IMG/VR virus record: IMGVR_UViG_2548876701_000026
DNA from: a virus
Lineage: Duplodnaviria > Heunggongvirae > Uroviricota > Caudoviricetes
Direction: 5' to 3' (one strand)
Length of the DNA: 17,205 nucleotides
Shown: one piece after another, positions 1-10,137 of the stretch
Layout: each line of letters starts with the position of its first letter
How positions within the stretch are numbered: the first letter of the stretch is position 1
Notes under the pieces: generated by a model
Databases searched by the model: none
What the model was told of the DNA's origin: nothing
The model's input: the letters and a program-made list of their open reading frames with translations, nothing else
Program-made: the position numbers and the translations under genes

Positions 1-201
1 TTAAGACTCCAGTTTCGCAAAGGCTCGACGTAACTGATTATTCAAATCACGGTCGACCAGCATCGCTATCAGCTCGTCTCGACTGTAGTAAGGGCGATCA
101 GGGTTATCGACTCCAAGTCTCAGCAGGGACAGGAGGTGACGGGTAGGCAGACCACGGTAGCGGAGAGTTGCACGACCAATAGGTGTGCGCGGGTCAATCA
201 T
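1..201 (-). CDS. hypothetical small protein (66 aa), translationally coupled to the upstream Rha-like gene
   Basis: Complete ORF: stop codon at 1-3, start at 201, overlapping the stop of the 203-931 gene. No recognisable motif. Confidence 0.45.
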   Translation of the reverse strand: MIDPRTPIGRATLRYRGLPTRHLLSLLRLGVDNPDRPYYSRDELIAMLVDRDLNNQLRRAFAKLES

Positions 202-202
202 C

Positions 203-931
203 TTAGAGTCCCTCCAGCTTGCCGGATTGGGCTTGCTTCAGGAGATGCTCTTGCTTCTGCTGGTCGGTGCCAGTGAAGGCAATAAGGATGCCTCGCAGTT
301 TATCGACTATCGCAGGCTTACCGAAGACCTCCAATCCCTTAGCGTTGAAGCGAAAGTTATAACCACCTGCTGAGAACTTCTGGTCTGACGGCTTAATGAT
401 ACGGAAGCAGTCGGAATACTTTGGATTTACAGACCACTCGTTACTGATTGGGTTCTTACGAAAGAGACCACGATGCTGAAGAAGTGCGGTCATTAGCTTC
501 TGAGCGGGTAGACCATAGGTTTTGCAGTAGTCGCCCCAAGTCACGCCTCGGCGGTTAGCGGACTGAATGGCTGCTCGCTTCTTCTGGTCTTCCAGTTGAA
601 GGACTCGACGCTCTAACGTCTGAATATGGTCGTAACACTTGGCGCGGAGGTGAACGGAATAGCCAGCGACCAGAATGAAAGTATGCTTACGGTCGAGACG
701 GTACAGAGGCTGCTGTTTCCCCTGCGCGTTTAGATAGACATCTTCAGTCACCCCGATATGACTGCTCAGTTTTGAGCACTGCTCAGTTTTGAGCGCGTTA
801 AGCTCCTCAGCCATATTGCGAATATCACGTAGGACATTTCGGTGCTCCTTGCCTGTCAGCTCAGCAATTTCAACTGAGGTCATGGAGACAAGCTGGTCGA
901 GGTTAATGACGCTGATTTCTTGTTGAGACAT
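203..931 (-). CDS. Rha-family phage regulatory protein with antirepressor (KilAC-like) C-terminal region
   Basis: N-terminal segment SVEIAELTGKEHRNVLRDIRNM matches the Rha-family signature as I remember it. AAGGAG-like RBS upstream of the ATG at 931. 242 aa. Confidence 0.7.
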   Translation of the reverse strand: MSQQEISVINLDQLVSMTSVEIAELTGKEHRNVLRDIRNMAEELNALKTEQCSKLSSHIGVTEDVYLNAQGKQQPLYRLDRKHTFILVAGYSVHLRAKCYDHIQTLERRVLQLEDQKKRAAIQSANRRGVTWGDYCKTYGLPAQKLMTALLQHRGLFRKNPISNEWSVNPKYSDCFRIIKPSDQKFSAGGYNFRFNAKGLEVFGKPAIVDKLRGILIAFTGTDQQKQEHLLKQAQSGKLEGL

Positions 932-1233
932 TTACGTGTACTCCTTTTGTTTGCACCCTGAAGTCGCACCCCCACTGACCTACTCAAGCCCCCACGTAAA
1001 GGGAGACCAGCAGGCAACAGGACGCAAACAGAATGACTTGAGGTAATTGGGGTTAGTGGTCTGCGATGACCATAGAGATGAAGGTTCGACAGCATGTCCG
1101 AGCGTGTGTGGTGATAGACTTAAGTCACGAGACCAAAGAACACAAAGGCTGACCAGAGGCTGGTGGCTAGCAAGCTAGCGTGGACCACGGTTTCTCGCTT
1201 GCCGTCTCTCAGGAGGTCAGAGGCGAGATATGG

Positions 1234-1255
1234 TCCCTATAGTGATAGTTTAGTC
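1234..1255 (-). promoter_or_regulatory. T7-class single-subunit RNA polymerase promoter-like element (copy 1), predicted start near 1237 reading leftward into the Rha gene
   Basis: Minus strand reads GACTAAACTATCACTATAGGGA; the core TCACTATAGGGA equals the -8..+4 core of the T7 consensus TAATACGACTCACTATAGGGAGA. Exact 21-nt direct repeat of 1793-1813. Confidence 0.5.
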
Positions 1256-1587
1256 AAACAGGAATGAACTTCGGAGAACCTGACGCGAAAGTGTTCAGTA
1301 CTTCCAGTTAGACCCGAAGTATGGAGAACCACATCATAGCGACCGTAGTATACTTCGGGCTGACAGGACTGGAGGCTGGACTTAAAGTTCTTCTTATTGG
1401 AATTGTGATAACACAATCCATAACAAGATGAACTCATGGTCTCCTCAAGCCTGCTGGTCAGGCTCAAAGCTCCAACCTCAGACACCACTGGTCTAACCTT
1501 TTTGAGTTTCCGCCTGTCCACAAATGGATGGCAGACCTCAGCAATGATGTCTTGGTTCTTCACAATCTCGCACACCGATGGTCGCAT
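1237..1587 (-). CDS. hypothetical protein (116 aa by ORF track; alternative start at 1437 with GAGGAG RBS gives 66 aa)
   Basis: ORF lies between promoter-like copies 2 and 1. Weak RBS at 1587, better RBS before the internal ATG at 1437. No motif recognised; could be spurious. Confidence 0.2.
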   Translation of the reverse strand: MRPSVCEIVKNQDIIAEVCHPFVDRRKLKKVRPVVSEVGALSLTSRLEETMSSSCYGLCYHNSNKKNFKSSLQSCQPEVYYGRYDVVLHTSGLTGSTEHFRVRFSEVHSCLTKLSL

Positions 1588-1790
1588 AGACGGATACTTC
1601 CGCTGCGGTCTGATGTTCTCCGCCTGTCAAAGGAGAGAGATTGCTACGTTAAAGGGAATGGTCTCAGGCCAAGGTGATTTAACACTAGGCTTATTGCGGA
1701 TGGTTTCCAATCGGTCCGCTACCGGAAGCCTGAGACTTAATGAATGTGTGGGTCGGTGGCTGTATTAAGCCCGGGGGGACTTAGGGTCTC

Positions 1791-1813
1791 TCCCCTATAG
1801 TGATAGTTTAGTC
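1791..1813 (-). promoter_or_regulatory. T7-class promoter-like element (copy 2), predicted start near 1795
   Basis: Minus strand reads GACTAAACTATCACTATAGGGGAGAGACC. Identical 21-mer to copy 1, and GGGGAGAGACC resembles the T7 initiating region GGGAGACC. Confidence 0.5.
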
Positions 1814-1820
1814 CCCCCCC
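1813..1820. repeat. C8/G8 homopolymer tract between promoter-like copies 3 and 2
   Basis: cccccccc at 1813-1820, read directly. Confidence 0.9.
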
Positions 1821-1839
1821 TTCCCCTATAGTGTGGGTT

Positions 1840-1840
<1 letters not shown>
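1821..1840 (-). promoter_or_regulatory. T7/SP6/K11-class promoter-like element (copy 3, divergent upstream half), immediately after the stop of the 1840-2499 gene
   Basis: Minus strand reads AAACCCACACTATAGGGGAA; CACACTATAGGG core. Confidence 0.35.
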
Positions 1841-4099
<2,259 letters not shown>

Positions 4100-4340
4100 G
4101 TACTGAGACCTTAGGTCTGCTCACTACTTCAACAAAGTTAGTCACAGTGTTGGTTACAGTGAGTAAAACTATCGGAAGGCTTTAAGCCGTATCCCTTAGG
4201 ATTCAGTAAGTTAGTAGACTTTAAGAATGGTCATGGAGCGGGCGAAGGGAATCGAGGAAACCCATAATAACCTGCTGTAAAATAAAGATTTTGTGATCAA
4301 TCATAGGTAACTGATTACGTGATAATAGAGGATCATTATC

Positions 4341-5561
4341 GTGTCGATCAAGAGCCAAGCATACTTATTTAAGAGAAAAGATGGGATCTGGATGTTTCAG
4401 ATTTTTGTTCCTAAATACTTACGTCATCTTTACCCTTACAAGTTGTGGAGAAAAAGCACATCTACACGAGATCTGAATGAGGCGAGAAGATTCAGAAACC
4501 ATCTATTATTAGAATGGGAGGAACTAAAGCGGAAACATAATCCTGATAACCCCGAAAGGAGGTTACAACAAGCTATTGAATCCTTACATTCAGAGGCAAG
4601 GGCCAATAAAAACACGCAAAGAGCCGTAAAACGCGGTTATGCATCGCCTTCCCTATGCTTAATACGTGACGAATACGCCGAATGCTACAGAGAGCGTCGT
4701 TCATACTCAACACTACAGAAATCAGCAAGGGCCGTTGAGCTATTTTTACAAAGCATTCAGAAAGATGATATTCATATTGAGAAAATAGGCAGACGGCTTG
4801 TAACAGTATTCTTAGATGACCAGAAGCAACGAGGAGCAGCCGATCAATCTCGTCAAAACTGGCTTACATGCTTAGGATCGCTCTATGAATTTGCTAAACG
4901 CCGTTATGACGGAATACCAGACAGTAACCCTTTTCACGGTCATAATCTCGAAGCACGTCGCACAATCGAGAGTTATCAACCGTTTACACCTGAACAAATG
5001 CAAAAGCTACTTGATGCAGCGGAGCCGGAGATCAGAAATATTATTTTAATGGGCTTGTTTTCAGGATGCAGATTAGACGAACTGGCAAGTCTGAAAAAGT
5101 CAGAGGTTGTAACTGTGGAAGGAATACGCTGTTTTTATATCAGCAAAAGTAAGACTAAAGCAGGGATCAGGCACGTTCCGATACATTCGAGACTATCGAT
5201 TATTGTCGATGAATATTTAAATCATAATTATGGTGAATATTTGTTCCCTCACTCGAACAAAGTAAAAAGAATCGACGGTAAGAAAGGCCCGTTCTATTCT
5301 CAAGCGTTCTCACGTTTACGTCGTAGCGTCTTGCCAATCGCTACAAATAGACAATGCTTTCACAGCTTGCGCGGGATGTTTATCACTTGTCTTGATCGTG
5401 CCGGAGTGCCTGAACAGCGGATCGGTGCCATTACCGGACATACAGAGCAGAGAGCTAAAACAGAAGCCTTTCGCACCTACTCACAAGGGGCAAGCATTCC
5501 AGAATTAGCTGAATATGTAGAATTAGTAAGATATGAATTAAATATTGATTTTAAGGCTTAA
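4341..5561 (+). CDS. int: tyrosine site-specific recombinase / phage integrase (406 aa, GTG start)
   Basis: R in GCRLDELASL, H-x-x-R in HSLRGMFITCL, GHTEQ...AFRTYSQ with the Tyr. N-terminus YLFKRKDGIWMFQIFVP parallels the other integrase. AGAGGA RBS 8 nt upstream of GTG. Confidence 0.85.
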   Translation: MSIKSQAYLFKRKDGIWMFQIFVPKYLRHLYPYKLWRKSTSTRDLNEARRFRNHLLLEWEELKRKHNPDNPERRLQQAIESLHSEARANKNTQRAVKRGYASPSLCLIRDEYAECYRERRSYSTLQKSARAVELFLQSIQKDDIHIEKIGRRLVTVFLDDQKQRGAADQSRQNWLTCLGSLYEFAKRRYDGIPDSNPFHGHNLEARRTIESYQPFTPEQMQKLLDAAEPEIRNIILMGLFSGCRLDELASLKKSEVVTVEGIRCFYISKSKTKAGIRHVPIHSRLSIIVDEYLNHNYGEYLFPHSNKVKRIDGKKGPFYSQAFSRLRRSVLPIATNRQCFHSLRGMFITCLDRAGVPEQRIGAITGHTEQRAKTEAFRTYSQGASIPELAEYVELVRYELNIDFKA

Positions 5562-5582
5562 AACAACGCCATAGGCGCAATA

Positions 5583-5611
5583 AAGAGGCTTCCTTGTAAT
5601 GGGAGCCTCTT
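5583..5611. terminator. bidirectional hairpin terminator between the convergent integrase (plus) and 613-aa gene (minus)
   Basis: aagaggcttcc / gggagcctctt form an 11-bp stem with one G-U wobble and a 7-nt loop, with T/A-rich flanks. Confidence 0.45.
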
Positions 5612-5668
5612 ATATGCTTAATTCCTTATAAGAGTGTTTTAAATGGTGATTAAACATTCTCTTTATCA

Positions 5669-7510
5669 TTAACTTGGTGCTTGCCCAGACAGAGCCGCCA
5701 ACGTGAAACTACGTTCAAAATCTTGTTGGATACTTCCCACTTTGTAATCGAGGTATGATCCAAGCTGACTACCATCAGGAGCGATATTCACATCAACCTT
5801 ACTTTCTGGCACGTTTACGACAATGCTTGGCGCATACGTCATAGATGGGGTAGTGTTCAGATCACGGCTAACGTTCTCTTTCAGGGATTGCACGTTATCG
5901 GACGGGCTTGAATAGTTCTGAATTGCAGTTCCGCCAGTCGTTGGCTTGTCTTCCGTGCCAGGGATAGGCGATAAGCCTAAAGCACTACGACCCCAATCAA
6001 CCATGCCGCCTACAAACGAATCCTTATAATACATACCGGACGAATCAAGGTTTTCATGTTTGTTCTCTGGATTTATATTCTGGTATGCAGCAGTAAGCCA
6101 CGATACAGCACCAGCAAAGGCGCTCATCATTTCAGCCGTTGAGCTTCCAAGTTCTTTAAACAGAGGATTGAGATCTTTCAACATTTGCGCCCACTCTTCA
6201 CCAGCCTGAGCGTCGAACTCTTCACCGAATCCCGTCATGATAGCTTTCTTACTACCTTCCCAGGCCATATTCATATTAGCCTGTACAGCTTGCAGACGTT
6301 CAGCAGCGTCAAGATCCGCTTGCGTATAGGTGGCATTGGCTTTTTGCATCTTAACGATGGTTTTATTTAGCTCTTCACCGTTACGACTGAAAGCACCACG
6401 GAAATATTGTAAATCATTTCCAAGGTCTTCAAGGATGTGACCCTGCTCCTGATCAGAGAGTCCACGGCGTTCTCCTTCTTTCACTACAGCGCCCAGGAAA
6501 CCTAATGGATCAGTCTGGAAACCTTTAATCTGTTCAGGACTCCAACCATATTTATTAAGGATGTTATCGACGGCACCATTACCGCCAGCCCAGCGACCTT
6601 TCTTAGCGTCCCATTTGGTATTCCCTACGGATTCACCTAAACGCTCTTGAACGTCTTTAAGGTTGTCTTGACGTTGGTCTACGGAACTATCGACACCGTG
6701 TTCTAAGCCGTACTGATTAAGTGCTAACAGGGCGTTAGTGTTTACGTTGACAGCCTTTGCCTTGCGGTTAGTGTCTGTGATCTTGCTTGCCTGATCGGTT
6801 ACGGTATTGAATATCGCAGCACCGCCGAGAGTGGCAGCAGTGAGAGCGGCACCGCCCACCATTGCACCTACACCACCGCCTATATGACCGCCTTTAAGCT
6901 GTTTAGCCATATGTGGATATTTACCGCCATCAGCCGCCACCTGGCGAGCTTTTACAGCAGCCGCACGGCGTTCTAACGTGATACGATCACGGATCAGGTG
7001 ATTCATCTTAGCCTGACTAATAGCGCCTTTCTCATACGCTGCCGTTTGTGCTTTGATGTATTGCAACGTTTTGTAGTATTGGGCGGAGTCCATACCGTCG
7101 CCCATACGCCCTTTCTTAATCCCTTCAAGCTGTCTGAAAGCTTGCTGGCGCTTAATCTCTGCTTTCTCTGCTATTGTCGCTTTAGCGCGGATCTGTTTAT
7201 CGGCAGCTATAGCGGCTTTAGCCTTCGCTTTAGCTTCTGCCTTTGCCACCTTATCAGCGTTCTTCTTATCGGTTTGAGCTTGCTTGTCTGACGCTTTGGC
7301 ATCAGTTTTAGCCTGTGCAGCTTTACGAGCCTTTACCAGATCATGAGCCTCGTCTATAGCTCGTTTAGCCTTCTTCCCTTTCAATGTTGGATTGGTTAGG
7401 TTTTCCATTTCTTTCTGAAATTTCTTCCCTGCGTCCCTTGCTTTCTGTAATGATGCAAAATCAACTTTAAATACAACCTTGTTTGTTAAGGTTGAGATGT
7501 TTAAATCCAT
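5669..7510 (-). CDS. large coiled-coil / glycine-zipper protein, tape-measure-like virion protein (613 aa)
   Basis: Lys/Ala/Glu-rich heptad-like N-terminal third (KVAKAEAKAKAKAAIAADKQIRAKA), hydrophobic Gly-zipper GGHIGGGVGAMVGGAALTAATLGGAAIF, long low-complexity C-terminus. AAGGA RBS upstream. Product assignment by composition only. Confidence 0.45.
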   Translation of the reverse strand: MDLNISTLTNKVVFKVDFASLQKARDAGKKFQKEMENLTNPTLKGKKAKRAIDEAHDLVKARKAAQAKTDAKASDKQAQTDKKNADKVAKAEAKAKAKAAIAADKQIRAKATIAEKAEIKRQQAFRQLEGIKKGRMGDGMDSAQYYKTLQYIKAQTAAYEKGAISQAKMNHLIRDRITLERRAAAVKARQVAADGGKYPHMAKQLKGGHIGGGVGAMVGGAALTAATLGGAAIFNTVTDQASKITDTNRKAKAVNVNTNALLALNQYGLEHGVDSSVDQRQDNLKDVQERLGESVGNTKWDAKKGRWAGGNGAVDNILNKYGWSPEQIKGFQTDPLGFLGAVVKEGERRGLSDQEQGHILEDLGNDLQYFRGAFSRNGEELNKTIVKMQKANATYTQADLDAAERLQAVQANMNMAWEGSKKAIMTGFGEEFDAQAGEEWAQMLKDLNPLFKELGSSTAEMMSAFAGAVSWLTAAYQNINPENKHENLDSSGMYYKDSFVGGMVDWGRSALGLSPIPGTEDKPTTGGTAIQNYSSPSDNVQSLKENVSRDLNTTPSMTYAPSIVVNVPESKVDVNIAPDGSQLGSYLDYKVGSIQQDFERSFTLAALSGQAPS

Positions 7511-7526
7511 AATATTTTCCTTTACC

Positions 7527-7562
7527 TTTTATTTGTTTTGTTTTGTTTTGTTTTGTTTTGTT
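7527..7562. repeat. pentanucleotide simple-sequence repeat (TTTTG)n on plus = (CAAAA)n on minus, about 6 units
   Basis: tttg followed by five perfect ttttg units at 7536-7560, read directly. Encodes the C-terminal KQNKTKQNK of the HTH gene and sits 18 nt upstream of the 613-aa start. Confidence 0.9.
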
Positions 7563-7735
7563 ACGTAGTATTGCACTGCTTCCATAGCTGAGCAGCCAGT
7601 AGTGAAGATTCTTTGACGTACAGCAGTATTAGAGATCCCTAAAAACTTACACACTTGAGAGATATTCAGAATATCTTCCGGTAAGGTGGAAACAGCTTTC
7701 AGGATCTCAACTGGATTGTTGTTTTGTTCGCTCAT
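7529..7735 (-). CDS. small helix-turn-helix DNA-binding protein (AlpA/excisionase-like), 68 aa from the ATG at 7735 (ORF track extends to 7786)
   Basis: ILNISQVCKFLGISNTAVRQRI is a classic HTH. The N-terminal 17 codons of the 7786 start overlap the upstream terminator hairpin, so the internal Met (MSEQ) is preferred. C-terminus is encoded by the (CAAAA)n repeat. Confidence 0.5.
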   Translation of the reverse strand: MSEQNNNPVEILKAVSTLPEDILNISQVCKFLGISNTAVRQRIFTTGCSAMEAVQYYVTKQNKTKQNK

Positions 7736-7778
7736 GATTTTTCTCTCACAATATTTTAATAGACGGTATAAACGAAAA

Positions 7779-7839
7779 AAGGGCAAAAGAGATTGTTTAC
7801 TGTATTTGCGCTACAGGTTTAATAATCCCTTTTGCCCTT
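7779..7839 (-). terminator. intrinsic terminator after the capsid-like gene (long-loop hairpin plus U6 on the minus transcript)
   Basis: aagggcaaaag (7779-7789) and cttttgccctt (7829-7839) are perfect inverted repeats; aaaaaa at 7773-7778 gives UUUUUU 3' of the stem on the minus strand. The 39-nt loop contains an inner ctgta/tacag hairpin. Confidence 0.4.
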
Positions 7840-7888
7840 ATTGCCTGTTTTATTTCCAGTCGCACAGGAAACGACTATTAACGCTTTA

Positions 7889-8917
7889 TTACGCTACTGT
7901 GATCTGTACAGTGAAGCCTACGCCGTGGTTTACAACCATCTGGCTATTCTCAGTAACTACGTTTACAGCGTCGTTACGTGCTGGGCTAAACGCATAGCTG
8001 TAATATTCAGCCGCGCCAGAATTCAGCAGGTCGAACGTTGAAGAAGGAGCGCCGAAAATGTTCTGATAGACGTTAGAGCCTTTAGCGAACTTCGGAACAG
8101 CAACCGCATCAGAAGTCATATGAGCCAGCAGCAGCGGATCAGTAACTTTAACGATATCGATGTTAGTCCCAGGAATAGTGAAGGTAGTCACACCTGGCAG
8201 CAGGGAGCGCACGCTATAAACGATGTTTGCGTCATCGGTAGGGCTTGCATACTGGAACGCGTTAACCATGCCAGCACTGTAACGGATAGCGTTGAAAGCA
8301 GCAGGTTTACAGAATACAACGATACGTTCTACAGCAGCCGCCTGGCTTTGTGCTTTAGTAATAACGTCTGTATGCATCTGATCGAATTGCTGGAACACCA
8401 TAGAAGGCGTGGTGCTTGATGCGTCGATGGTTGCAGTCATCGGAACAACACTAAACAGATCGCCCCACTGGATCAGCACATCATCAGTTTTAGGGGTGTA
8501 AGTGCGACCAGAGAACAGGGAAGCAGCCAGCACGCTTTCTTTAGTACGCTGGAAAGCAATGTGGTGCTTAGCAACATATTCCGCGTAGATATCTGTCAGA
8601 GTTTCTTCAACGGTAGCGCCTGGTTTACGTTTGCCTTGCACGTCTTGCGGCTTAATCATATCTTCACGCAGGAAGTAGGGGATCTCTACTAAAAATTCTT
8701 TACCCTGTTCACGTTTAGTCACGTTATGTTCAGAAGAGAAACGAGAGGTTTCTTTGTTGAACAGAGATTCGTTAGTTTCCACCAGTTGGCTAACAGCCAC
8801 TTTATGAGAACTCACACCTACCGGATCAGTAAAGTCGAGAGAAGTTAACAGGAAGTTGCGAGAGTCGTGCAGACTAAACAGCGGAGCCAGATCGACGGAT
8901 TCATTACCAATAATCAT
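7889..8917 (-). CDS. putative major capsid protein, lambda gpE-like (342 aa)
   Basis: Size and synteny (about 120-aa decoration-like gene immediately upstream, terminator downstream). Loose colinear resemblance to lambda gpE as I recall it (segments IAFQRTKESVLAASLFSGRTYT and ERIVVFCKPAAFNAIRYS). AAAGGAA RBS. Not verified by search. Confidence 0.45.
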   Translation of the reverse strand: MIIGNESVDLAPLFSLHDSRNFLLTSLDFTDPVGVSSHKVAVSQLVETNESLFNKETSRFSSEHNVTKREQGKEFLVEIPYFLREDMIKPQDVQGKRKPGATVEETLTDIYAEYVAKHHIAFQRTKESVLAASLFSGRTYTPKTDDVLIQWGDLFSVVPMTATIDASSTTPSMVFQQFDQMHTDVITKAQSQAAAVERIVVFCKPAAFNAIRYSAGMVNAFQYASPTDDANIVYSVRSLLPGVTTFTIPGTNIDIVKVTDPLLLAHMTSDAVAVPKFAKGSNVYQNIFGAPSSTFDLLNSGAAEYYSYAFSPARNDAVNVVTENSQMVVNHGVGFTVQITVA

Positions 8918-8935
8918 TATTTTTATTCCTTTATA

Positions 8936-9307
8936 TTAAGATGTGAATACAGTGTTAAAACCAGCCATCTGGAAACCTTTTGCAGCCAGGGCAGCAATAG
9001 CAGCTTCTTTCACAGCGCCTTCAACATTCAGAGCATCGGACTTGATGCAAACCAGTCCGGCATTGCTACGCAGCACGTTAACGGTTTTAGCGTCGCCAGC
9101 GGATACCGCATCAGACACAACTACAAGAACATCGCCGCCGCTTACATATTCAGCGCCGTCACTGGTAATCAGATCGCCGCATTCAACATCAACCGCCAGA
9201 TCAACGGTAAAAGATTGCACACAACCGAACTCATCAGTTGCATATGAAACGATATCGGTAAATGATTTGCGAACTGGAAACAGATCGCTCATATTAATAA
9301 TAGCCAT
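8936..9307 (-). CDS. putative head decoration protein (gpD-like), 123 aa
   Basis: Position immediately upstream of the capsid-like gene; small Ala/Val/Gly/Asp-rich protein with a C-terminal AAIAALAAKG segment. AAGGAAA RBS. Confidence 0.35.
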   Translation of the reverse strand: MAIINMSDLFPVRKSFTDIVSYATDEFGCVQSFTVDLAVDVECGDLITSDGAEYVSGGDVLVVVSDAVSAGDAKTVNVLRSNAGLVCIKSDALNVEGAVKEAAIAALAAKGFQMAGFNTVFTS

Positions 9308-9309
9308 AA

Positions 9310-9525
9310 TTAATAGTTTCCTTTTTTGGATTGTTTGATTTGTTCTGCTTTTGCTTTAATCAGATCCTGCATAGTAGGTTTCTGTTCATCAGCAGACTTA
9401 AAAAGCTTATCACAATGTTTTTTCAATTCTGTGGGAGTGATCCCCAGCATATAAGCCGTAGCATTGAATGTTTCATCAGTGATAACCAATTCTTCGTTAC
9501 CATTCTTTAGAATGAGATTTTGCAT
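9310..9525 (-). CDS. hypothetical small protein (71 aa), first gene of the capsid-like cluster
   Basis: ORF with stop abutting the start of the decoration-like gene. No motif recognised. Confidence 0.4.
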   Translation of the reverse strand: MQNLILKNGNEELVITDETFNATAYMLGITPTELKKHCDKLFKSADEQKPTMQDLIKAKAEQIKQSKKGNY

Positions 9526-9578
9526 TATTGCTTTACCTTTATTCCTAACAGTCTTGTTTAGTGCTGATAAAAATAAAA

Positions 9579-9599
9579 CCGGAAGGGGAAAGCTTCCGG
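9579..9599 (-). terminator. intrinsic terminator (minus-strand orientation)
   Basis: ccggaag / cttccgg form a 7-bp GC-rich stem with a 7-nt loop; on the minus strand it is followed by UUUUAUUUUUAU (plus 9565-9577). Confidence 0.55.
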
Positions 9600-10115
9600 C
9601 TTTATGAATACAACATTTGAAGGATGTTATAGAGTGTTACTAAATCGCAGTTTATATGAACTTAAAGAGGAGGACATATAAGAATAAGATTGCTTATTGT
9701 TATATACCCTTGAGGGGTGAATAACAGGCTTACAGGGAGTAGGCGCTTAGGAGGTCGCCCCCTTTGGAGAGGAATCTATAAACCTGTTATTCGTGCGACG
9801 GCTAATCGCTGTCTTTCACAATGTGGATGCATCGATCAGACTTTCAGGAATCACCTATTAACTTTCAAACCTTTTGGATTCTCATTTTAATAGGAGGCGG
9901 TGCCGAGATGATTTCGGGGATCATCCACGCTTTCGCGTTCTAAGATTGGCACCTTAATAAACACCAACAAACAAAAACATATTCAGCTTTAAGCTTAGTA
10001 GAAAACTGTTGTCAAGAAACAGATATACACCGTTATTTGTTTATACGGGGTTTATAGACACTGTAAACAGTGTTTTTAGAAAGTGTTTCATGCTTCGCAG
10101 TTGGTTAAAAAGATG

Positions 10116-10137
10116 AGGGGCCAAATCCGTAGCCCCT
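10116..10137 (-). terminator. candidate intrinsic terminator downstream of the small-gene operon
   Basis: aggggc / gcccct form a 6-bp stem with a 10-nt loop; the minus strand then reads CAUCUUUUUAACC. Confidence 0.35.

Noticed and set aside
880-1095. ORF-track entry 880..1095 (minus)
   Set aside because: It overlaps the Rha gene start and the 5' leader downstream of the promoter-like repeat, with no RBS and a low-complexity product. Likely spurious.
4209-4223. Shared 9-mer TAGTAGACT between the integrase spacer (about 4211) and 16250-16258 as possible att core
   Set aside because: A 9-bp match between two stretches of a few hundred bp is expected by chance at appreciable frequency; not enough to call attL/attR.
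6185-7291. Plus-strand ORFs 6185..6370 and 6998..7291
   Set aside because: Antisense to the 613-aa gene; their products are low-complexity mirror images of the Ala/Lys-rich coding strand.
7736-7786. N-terminal extension of the HTH ORF (start at 7786, MPFFRLYRLLKYCERKI...)
   Set aside because: The extension overlaps the terminator hairpin and T-run at 7773-7789 and lacks an RBS. The internal ATG at 7735 has a GAGAG RBS and gives a typical 68-aa HTH protein.
7889-9307. Encapsulin shell plus cargo pair
   Set aside because: The gene order (decoration-sized gene upstream of the 342-aa gene), the loose lambda gpE-like resemblance and the phage context favour a phage capsid. No cargo-targeting peptide motif was seen.
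7686-9338. Plus-strand ORFs 7686..7997, 7832..8041, 8120..8419, 8867..9247 and 8943..9338
   Set aside because: All are antisense to the capsid-like and decoration-like genes or span their terminator; no RBS and poor composition.
10058-10073. LexA/SOS box (CTGT ... ACAG)
   Set aside because: ACACTGTAAACAGTGT has only a 2-nt centre between CTGT and ACAG, not the 8-nt spacing of the enterobacterial SOS box. Kept as a generic palindromic operator candidate.
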